This document shows, one piece after another, positions 57,713 to 64,000 of a stretch of 64,000 nt of DNA. Under the pieces are notes generated by a model that did no database searches, had not been told where the DNA came from, and was given only the letters and a program-made list of their open reading frames with translations. Every line of letters starts with the position of its first letter. Position 1 is the first letter of the stretch. The stretch lies in assembly GCA_964597545.1 (NCBI GenBank), contig CAZQXN010000003.1, positions 691 through 64,690 on the forward strand. Reading direction: 5' to 3'. Made by a program: the position numbers and the translations under genes. This DNA is from an uncultured Planctomycetia bacterium (GTDB lineage Bacteria; Omnitrophota; Gorgyraeia; 1-14-0-20-64-10).

Positions 57713-59314
57713 CTACCACTGCCAGGCAGCGCCGGGTAGATCAGCTATCCAGTTGACCAGGCGGGTCAGCCCCCAGGCCAACAGTTCGAAACTGGCAGCA
57801 AAGGGCTTAGCCAGCACCGGGCTTACGAATCCGACGCCATATACCAGAAAACCTGTGGCGATCAAGAGGGAGGCCCAGGGGACCACCACCAGATTGGCCA
57901 AGGGGGCGATCAGGGTCACGGTCTTAAAATGCCAGGCGATAAGGGGCAAAACAGCGACCCACGCTGCACAGGAGACTGCAAGGGCCTGAGCGATGCGCCG
58001 CTGGATCTTTGCCCAGGCACCAGGTACCGGCTGTAAGATTTTGGTACAGATTTCGGTACCAGGTACCGATTTCTGATTTTGGTACCTGGTACCGATTTGA
58101 GGTGTTGATTTGAAGATGTGGGGGCCAACCAACAAAATCCCTAAGACCGCTGCAAAGGAAAGTTGAAAGCTGGGGTCCCAAATCGCTCTGGGCTGCAGCA
58201 CAAGAATGACCAGCGCGGCCAACCCCAATGCATTGAGTGCGCTGTGGGCCCGACCCAAGGCCAGATTCAGACAAAGGATCACCCCCATGATGGTGGCCCG
58301 AACAATTGGAAGGCGCATGCCGGTCAAAGTGCAGTAGACCACCAGAATCCCGGCCAGCAGGCAATAGCGCAAGCCCCGGGGAATGCACACAACCGAGAGG
58401 AGCAGGTTGCAGATAAGCCCAATCAACCCCACATGGAGGCCGCTGACTACCAAGACGTGGACCGTACCGGTCTTACGAAAAAGCTCCTTGAGGCTCTTGG
58501 GAATTCCCTGCCCCTCACCCAGGAGGAGTCCCTCCAAGTAAACGCGCGCCTCGGGCGATACCAAGGAGCGGCCTAGCTGAATAAGTTTCCAGCGCAAGGC
58601 GGCGATTGACTTGCGGTAGCGGGAATAGAGGCCGGAGGCAGCTTGCAGCTGCACGATCCCCTCGCGCGCTGAAACCGTCAATACCCCTTCTGCCCCTCTG
58701 AGCCACAGCCACCTCGTCTCATCCCAACCCTGGTACCGGTTTTCGTTTTTGGTACCGCTTTTGGTACCGGGTACAGTTATTGACAGCGCCTGTTGAGAAG
58801 TGTACCCGGTACCGGGTTTAGGTGTGGGGGTATGTCCTGCTCGGATTGTCCCGTAGGCTCGCAGGCGATCGCCGTATCCCAGAGAGTCATCCCACCGGGG
58901 CCACTTGAGCTTGAGCTTGCCGGAGGCGGGCAGCCAGCGATCCCCTTGCCGGATGGAATTGATCTTAAGCCACGCCGTTCGAATCCGTCGGTTGAAGGCG
59001 GGGGCGTGTGGGTCGCTGACCAGGACTCCCTCAATGGCTGCAGGGCGTGGTCCCGCCGTAAGGTAACGGGCAAGGGAATCCGGTGCAACTCGCTGATCCA
59101 CCCCCAACCGGAATGCCCCCAACAAGCAAACCAGCAGGGTCATCATCAGGTTGGCTCTCGGAGGATGGCGCCGGAACCAAAACGGCAGGGCAACTGCCAA
59201 AACGGTCAGGAGCCCCAGAAAAACGCATGGCAGCGCCAAGAATCCCTGCAGGCCAATACCTAATCCCAGCGAGAGGACCAACCAGAAGAGTGGCGAACGA
59301 ATGCGCTCAGTCAA
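57713..59314 (-). CDS. comEC: DNA internalization competence protein ComEC/Rec2 (533 aa, no beta-lactamase domain) carrying two in-frame repeat insertions
   Basis: Competence domain VHVLVVSGLHVGLIGL; polytopic. Protein segments PQIGTRYQNQKSVPGTEICTKILQPVPG and TPKPGTGYTSQQALSITVPGTKSGTKNENRYQG are encoded by repeat copies 7 and 8. Confidence 0.8.
   Translation of the reverse strand: MTERIRSPLFWLVLSLGLGIGLQGFLALPCVFLGLLTVLAVALPFWFRRHPPRANLMMTLLVCLLGAFRLGVDQRVAPDSLARYLTAGPRPAAIEGVLVSDPHAPAFNRRIRTAWLKINSIRQGDRWLPASGKLKLKWPRWDDSLGYGDRLRAYGTIRAGHTPTPKPGTGYTSQQALSITVPGTKSGTKNENRYQGWDETRWLWLRGAEGVLTVSAREGIVQLQAASGLYSRYRKSIAALRWKLIQLGRSLVSPEARVYLEGLLLGEGQGIPKSLKELFRKTGTVHVLVVSGLHVGLIGLICNLLLSVVCIPRGLRYCLLAGILVVYCTLTGMRLPIVRATIMGVILCLNLALGRAHSALNALGLAALVILVLQPRAIWDPSFQLSFAAVLGILLVGPHIFKSTPQIGTRYQNQKSVPGTEICTKILQPVPGAWAKIQRRIAQALAVSCAAWVAVLPLIAWHFKTVTLIAPLANLVVVPWASLLIATGFLVYGVGFVSPVLAKPFAASFELLAWGLTRLVNWIADLPGAAWQW
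58019..58112. repeat. GTAC-repeat family A, copy 7 (in-frame within comEC)
   Basis: CAGGTACCGGCTGTAAGATTTTGGTACAGATTTCGGTACCAGGTACCGATTTCTGATTTTGGTACCTGGTACCGATTTGAGGTGTTGATTTG. Confidence 0.8.
58731..58833. repeat. GTAC-repeat family A, copy 8 (in-frame within comEC; palindrome arms GGTACCGGGTACA / TGTACCCGGTACC plus tail GGGTTTAGGTGTGGGGG)
   Basis: TGGTACCGGTTTTCGTTTTTGGTACCGCTTTTGGTACCGGGTACAGTTATTGACAGCGCCTGTTGAGAAGTGTACCCGGTACCGGGTTTAGGTGTGGGGGTATG. Confidence 0.8.
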
Positions 59315-59672
59315 AACAGAGGAGAGGCTTTAAGCGCTGCAAGGTCTTTTGACCGATTCCCTTGACCCGCGCCAAATCCGAAAGGGTTAAGAACCGGCCG
59401 CTTTGGTTTCGCTCTTCGGCGATTCTCCTGGCAGTCGCCGGCCCCACCCCCGGCAGAGCAGCCAATTCCCCAACAGAGGCCCGGTTGACGGCAACGCGGC
59501 TAGGGAGCACATGGGAGGGGTGGGTGGGTGGCAAAATTCCGGTTGGAGTTCTTCCCAGCGCCATCACCCCCAACCCCAGCAGAGAGATTCCTGTCAGAAA
59601 GATGAGCGCCGTCCGCTCCTGGCGGGTAAACAGATCCTCCAGGAAACCGACGCGTGGTAAATGTTTCTTCAT
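59307..59672 (-). CDS. comEA: competence protein ComEA (helix-hairpin-helix DNA-binding)
   Basis: N-terminal TM plus tandem HhH (GELAALPGVGPATARRI...VKGIGQKTLQRL). Confidence 0.85.
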   Translation of the reverse strand: MKKHLPRVGFLEDLFTRQERTALIFLTGISLLGLGVMALGRTPTGILPPTHPSHVLPSRVAVNRASVGELAALPGVGPATARRIAEERNQSGRFLTLSDLARVKGIGQKTLQRLKPLLCFD

Positions 59673-59750
59673 GCCACATTATTAGCATAATCTGCAAACT
59701 TGGGTCAAATGAAACAACACATACAAGAAAACCGCTGAGCTTCTCTAGGG

Positions 59751-61589
59751 TTAAGCAGCCCTCAGGCGGGCAAGCAACCGCTCCAGGGCAACCAACGCGT
59801 TGGTTGTGGGTGTGACGCCGGAGAGATTGGTGACGAGCTGCTGGAAATACGGTCTAAAGGCCTGCTGCTCCTGGAGGGTGAGCTCCCGGACATCCAACTC
59901 CATCGCCCGGGCAATCCCAAGAAAAACATCCAGGCGGAGGTCTGAATCCTGCCGGGAACCATACCCCCGTACCACTGTTCTGCGCGCTCCGCTTTGACTG
60001 AACTGCTCTATCAGCAGGTTCTGCATCTGCTCTCTGGTCTCAGGGACAGCAACCAGGGTGATACTTCCGATGGAGACGGGGCCGGCCCGCAATCCTTCCA
60101 GGAAGGGGTTGCCTGAAATCGCCTGAGGGGAGACAGCAACCAGATGGTGTGCTTTGAGGTCAGCCAGTTTCCACCGGCTTGCGAGATCCCGGAGTGACTG
60201 GGGCTCTCCTTCCAAGCGGGTTGGCGTTTCGAGGGCAGCACCGTCCTCCCCCGGGCCGGAGGCATCAAAAACCAACGCACCGGAACCAGACATTGGGGCG
60301 GACAAGTCACTCAGGGTCACTGCTGCCTCTTCAACCCGTTCCTCCAGCCCAACAAATTCTCCTCCCTCCGCATCCATCAGAGGTTCAACCAACAACGCAT
60401 AGGGGGTGGCTTGTGCGCTAAAGGGATTGATAAGGGCAACATTAAATCGACTATCATTAATATTCGTACGAGCCCAACGCGGCAAGCGACTTTCAAGCGC
60501 CCGAAGGAGAGCTTCCGCGGAAGCAACCTCTCCCAACAGCTGCAGAGACACATAGGGTGGAGCGCCAGGGGCAAAAGCTTTCACGGGTGCTTGCCATGGA
60601 TAGGCTGCTGCAGGCTCATTTGGAGCAACCACCCAAGCCTCCTTTAATCTTTCAGGATCCCCCTGAAGAAGCGTCTTAATAGCACTCCAGCTCACTCCTC
60701 GCATGGGAGCTTCAAGAAGCTGAGCCTTGGGATATGTTTCCAGGACAGACTCAAATGCAGCAGGAATAGGGTTGTCACTCACCAATCGGCTGCCCATTTG
60801 AACGACCACCGTCTCTATGTGCTGTGCAGCTTCTGAGGTTACCAACCACAGATCAAACGGTTCGTCCCGCCAAACCTCTTTTCTGGGAGGAAGCCACCGC
60901 CCATACGCACGTGCAAGAGAATGCTCAAAATGCTCGGCCATCATAAGCTCTGCGGCTTCCAATCTTTCAACCAGTCCTTCAGGAGAAACCAAAACAACTT
61001 CCCCGGGGGAATGCTCCTGAACAAATGCGTGTAGATCTCTACCGACCACCCAACGCTTTCGGCTTACCCTGGAACCAGAACCGCCTGAATGAATCATCGC
61101 TCTGATTTGACGCTCGATCTTCTCCCGAGAAAGACGTCCTTCTCTCAACACATGAGGAACGCCGCCTTCCTGCAAGATCATTTTGCTTACCCGCCACAAG
61201 AATAACTCTATCCACTTCTCGCTATCCCCGCTCCAAGCAAACTCTTGCCACCGAGTCTGAATATCACGTAATTCACCAGCCATATCGGGGTTACCAGAGT
61301 TCTGATACTTTTCATACACATCGGGCCGCACTTCATCCACCAATCTGAAGGTTATCAAAACCTCAGCCAGCCACTCAACCGGTGACATGATGTCCTTGTC
61401 CTTCCCCGACAACTTAATGCCTCTGTATTCGCCGAAATCAAATACAAGCCAGCCCATGATTGTGGGCAAACCCCGGAAGAGGTGTCTGTCCCATTCTCGC
61501 CTGAAGTTTCGGTGGGTGCTTCTCGGCTCCACTCGGACTGGCCTCTTGGTATTCCAGACGGACATATTGCTTCTGTGGATCAACCTCAA
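59751..61589 (-). CDS. large hypothetical protein (up to 612 aa; real start probably internal because of a 150-nt overlap with the upstream gene)
   Basis: Long ORF in the same orientation as, and immediately downstream of, the GGDEF-motif protein. No recognisable domains. Confidence 0.5.
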   Translation of the reverse strand: MRLIHRSNMSVWNTKRPVRVEPRSTHRNFRREWDRHLFRGLPTIMGWLVFDFGEYRGIKLSGKDKDIMSPVEWLAEVLITFRLVDEVRPDVYEKYQNSGNPDMAGELRDIQTRWQEFAWSGDSEKWIELFLWRVSKMILQEGGVPHVLREGRLSREKIERQIRAMIHSGGSGSRVSRKRWVVGRDLHAFVQEHSPGEVVLVSPEGLVERLEAAELMMAEHFEHSLARAYGRWLPPRKEVWRDEPFDLWLVTSEAAQHIETVVVQMGSRLVSDNPIPAAFESVLETYPKAQLLEAPMRGVSWSAIKTLLQGDPERLKEAWVVAPNEPAAAYPWQAPVKAFAPGAPPYVSLQLLGEVASAEALLRALESRLPRWARTNINDSRFNVALINPFSAQATPYALLVEPLMDAEGGEFVGLEERVEEAAVTLSDLSAPMSGSGALVFDASGPGEDGAALETPTRLEGEPQSLRDLASRWKLADLKAHHLVAVSPQAISGNPFLEGLRAGPVSIGSITLVAVPETREQMQNLLIEQFSQSGARRTVVRGYGSRQDSDLRLDVFLGIARAMELDVRELTLQEQQAFRPYFQQLVTNLSGVTPTTNALVALERLLARLRAA

Positions 61590-64000
61590 GCTCTGCGGTT
61601 ACATCTTTGTCGTCCCCCGCCCATTCTGAGAATCCCATCAAGCTGCGCTCCCATTGATCAGCAGGCGTCGCTCCACCCCTGGGAAGATGGATGCGCTTAG
61701 CATGTAAAAGGAGCGTCCACAACTCCTCCCGCGCCTTCTCCAGAGCATAGGCAGAACGTCTTTGAAAGAGGGGAGTTGCATCATTTGCCTCCTCCAAGCC
61801 AGCGCCATCTTCACGCTCCCCCCCATCTGCCGACTCGTCTTCTGGGATGCGTTCGAGTTGAACCGATGCTTCTACCAGCTCCATGTCCGGCGTGCGCACA
61901 TAATTCCCGGCCAGCGCCGCCCCGGCAGCCTTGAGCAGATCCCTGCGGCTCATGCGAGAGATCCGCCCTTCCTCCAGGCCCGAGGGGGAGGGACGGATCT
62001 CCATCAACTTCCTTGCGTTCCGCCATGCTGCACTATCCACCTCTGCGGGGTACGGCGGATGGCCCAGGGGAAATATCTTCGCTCTATATTCCCGGAGCCC
62101 GCCCCCTGGCCTGGCTCGGTAATCATTGCCGTAGGCCCGAACGAATAACTCGCGGAGTTTTTTACCAGGATGCTCTTCCGGGATTAAATCAGCGCCCTCT
62201 GCTTCAACAACCTGCCGCCCTTCAAGCAAGTGGAATCTCATCGTTTCCATCGGGTAGCGCCTAATCGCTTTGAGAAGGTCCCCTGCGACTGCAGCGCCTA
62301 TAGTCTCCATGGGCTTAGGAGCTATAACCTCAGGGCCCTCATCGGTTTCCTCTTGGCCAGCTGTGGGTGCGCTGCCGGACAGACCAAGGAGAAAGGGGTG
62401 TGTGGAGGGAGCCGCCGGAGCCGCGTGGGGTGCATCCAGCCTGTAGGCAGGTTCGCGCTGGGTACCGGTTATCCCGAGGACAAGCCGGGCCTCTGCTTTT
62501 GCGCGATTGAGAAATCCTCTCTCCAGCCTTACCCTGGCCGCATCGATCTGGTCGCCGGTGACACCCGTTTCAATCGGATCAAAGAGAAAACCGTACTCCT
62601 GCCCCTCGGCAAGCTTTGGGTGATGCAAGAATCCAACCCTCTCTGGAGGGTTCTTCTGGCTGGAGCGCAGGTCTTGAGTGACCATAAGCGCGGCATCCAA
62701 CCGTTGGAAGTGGCGCGCTGCTCCAGCGTCATCGCGCTCCAGATCTGAAACCACCCCCGCCCAGTCCAGATGAACGCGAATGCCAAAGGGAGCAAATGCA
62801 TCGGTGACATAGCTGTCGAGATATTGGTTTGCTTGCGCTCGTGCCCGCTCGACCCGCTGCTCAATGGCTTCTCGCAACCGGATCCACGCCAGCTTTTCAT
62901 CAGGAGCCGGCAATGGCTTCCCCTCACCTTTTCGGTGGGGCCACCGCAGGTGAACTCGAATGACATCGGCAGAGATCGCCGGAGGAGCCCGGGAGACGGT
63001 CACCTCGAGCTGCTGATCCTCAAAAGAGAAACCCTTAAAAGCATCATGAGCGACCGCCAGGAGCAGCATGATCATGTTATCGCCGGCCTTGTAGGACTTG
63101 TCGTTGAGCCCTTTGAGACGCATGTTGCCGTGCTCGTCTCTATGCCTCTGCTGTGCCCCAGACGCCCAGCGGTAACCGGGACGTATCTCGACCGTAACGC
63201 TGGAATACCCCGCCTCGAAATCGTCGTATACCTGCTCGCGCACCTGTTCGGGCGGAAAATTTTGGAGCAGAACCGCGTCTCCTGAAATCTGAGGCGATAC
63301 GGTGAGCAACGATTTGCCCCCGTGGACATGGGTATTGACCTTCAGACCATCCCCAACGGCAACCGCATTCTTCCACCGGGTCGCGGTCTTGGCCTCGGCC
63401 AACCAATCATCGGCATTGAAGCGAAGGCGCTCATACTGCTCGAGGTTAAGCGCATCCTTATCCAACCTGCTGATCACCTGAGCGCCCAGGGAAACGGTCA
63501 CCGGAAACTGTTTAGGCTTCTCTCGTTCCCCTTTATGCAGCAAACCAAAGACCCCGTTATTGCCTTCAATCCGAAGCGGCTGCGGCTTGCCCAACCCCTG
63601 CTCTGCTGCCTTGGCCTGCAGATCCGGCAGAATGGCCAGGGGATCCTCGCGCTCTTCCTCCGGCACCTCCAGAAGATAGAGGGTTCTACCGGCATATTGC
63701 TCCTCAGCACGTCTCCTTGGCCAATATTCCGCGGGCAGATGTGAACGCTCTCCTTTGGCGAAGTTCTGAATAACGATGTAGCGGTTCTGAAATGCCTCCG
63801 CGACGCTCTGGAGAATCTCTTCGAGCATTGCATGGGCCTCGGTGGTCAGATCGGCCTCATCGGCAACGACATCGGACAGCGGCACCAAACAGGCGAATTC
63901 ATCTCCGCCGTGGCGGTAGATGATGCCGCCTCGCTTCTCAACCTCTCTTTTCAAGATGATGAAGATCTCCGCTAAGACCGGATTGACGATCCTCTTGGAG
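61438..64000 (-). CDS. large protein with an N-terminal GGDEF-like (nucleotide cyclase palm) motif and a long uncharacterized C-terminal region; 5' end beyond the right window edge
   Basis: In-frame translation continues past the track start with no stop up to the window edge (SKRIVNPVLAEIFIILKREVEKRGGIIYRHGGDEFACLVP). The RHGGDEF motif lies about 30 aa from the window edge, so the domain must start outside the window. Confidence 0.6.
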   Translation of the reverse strand, partial: SKRIVNPVLAEIFIILKREVEKRGGIIYRHGGDEFACLVPLSDVVADEADLTTEAHAMLEEILQSVAEAFQNRYIVIQNFAKGERSHLPAEYWPRRRAEEQYAGRTLYLLEVPEEEREDPLAILPDLQAKAAEQGLGKPQPLRIEGNNGVFGLLHKGEREKPKQFPVTVSLGAQVISRLDKDALNLEQYERLRFNADDWLAEAKTATRWKNAVAVGDGLKVNTHVHGGKSLLTVSPQISGDAVLLQNFPPEQVREQVYDDFEAGYSSVTVEIRPGYRWASGAQQRHRDEHGNMRLKGLNDKSYKAGDNMIMLLLAVAHDAFKGFSFEDQQLEVTVSRAPPAISADVIRVHLRWPHRKGEGKPLPAPDEKLAWIRLREAIEQRVERARAQANQYLDSYVTDAFAPFGIRVHLDWAGVVSDLERDDAGAARHFQRLDAALMVTQDLRSSQKNPPERVGFLHHPKLAEGQEYGFLFDPIETGVTGDQIDAARVRLERGFLNRAKAEARLVLGITGTQREPAYRLDAPHAAPAAPSTHPFLLGLSGSAPTAGQEETDEGPEVIAPKPMETIGAAVAGDLLKAIRRYPMETMRFHLLEGRQVVEAEGADLIPEEHPGKKLRELFVRAYGNDYRARPGGGLREYRAKIFPLGHPPYPAEVDSAAWRNARKLMEIRPSPSGLEEGRISRMSRRDLLKAAGAALAGNYVRTPDMELVEASVQLERIPEDESADGGEREDGAGLEEANDATPLFQRRSAYALEKAREELWTLLLHAKRIHLPRGGATPADQWERSLMGFSEWAGDDKDVTAELEVDPQKQYVRLEYQEASPSGAEKHPPKLQARMGQTPLPGFAHNHGLACI

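Noticed and set aside
57916-58388. minus-strand ORFs 57916..58128 and 57924..58388 inside comEC
   Set aside because: Alternative frames through the GTAC repeats (peptides rich in RYQ/VPG). The comEC frame carries the competence-domain motifs.
58970-58992. tRNA T-arm-like GTTCGAATCC
   Set aside because: No complementary 5-bp stems and no acceptor or anticodon arms. Lies inside comEC coding sequence.

Overview
The window has two parts. The first ~10.4 kb (to about 12.3 kb if the adjacent module is counted) has lower GC and looks like an integrated mobile element. It carries, in order: the 5' end of a Type III R-M Mod methyltransferase running off the left edge, preceded by an XRE-type HTH regulator; two overlapping genes of unknown function; a DUF5659-like small protein; an 865-aa primase/P-loop helicase fusion (CHC2 zinc finger, Toprim, Walker A); a putative iteron/hairpin origin; several hypotheticals; a second, paralogous XRE HTH; and a 556-aa large serine recombinase. 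The recombinase 3' end overlaps, on the opposite strand, the N-terminal fragment of a signal-peptide protein whose intact paralog lies about 0.7 kb downstream. That paralog sits in a tandem module (secreted protein plus excisionase-family HTH, bracketed by ~100-bp direct repeats containing a CCTGGGTTTCCCCAGG hairpin), so the element appears to have inserted into this array. The remaining ~52 kb is a high-GC, mostly minus-strand housekeeping region of a diderm bacterium: alr, tsaB/tsaE, thiL, a CPBP protease, a TatD-radical SAM fusion, an HD-GYP protein, metG, holB, tmk, cysS, cysE, ispF/ispD, a PIN/TRAM protein, mlaDFE, clpC-mcsB-mcsA, ilvE, lolDE, lysS, lnt, secA, prfB with its programmed +1 frameshift site, MGMT, uvrC, murJ, rpsT, holA, lptE, bamD-like, PilZ, comEC/comEA and two large unknown proteins. 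The feature I find most interesting is a GGTACC-rich palindromic miniature repeat family (at least 8 copies) with a GGTTTTAGGTGTGGGG-like tail. It lies immediately 3' of stop codons, sits in-frame twice inside comEC, and overlaps uvrC coding sequence (ORF unbroken), reminiscent of Rickettsia palindromic elements. A second palindromic family (GTACnAAAGGGTCTGACCCTTTnGTAC) has 3 copies, one of which supplies the mcsA stop codon. Other notable items are a 1466-aa protein fusing a GHKL ATPase domain with a protein-L-isoaspartate O-methyltransferase domain, and a GGDEF-motif protein with an ~800-aa unknown C-terminal extension running off the right edge. No rRNA, tRNA or CRISPR arrays were seen.
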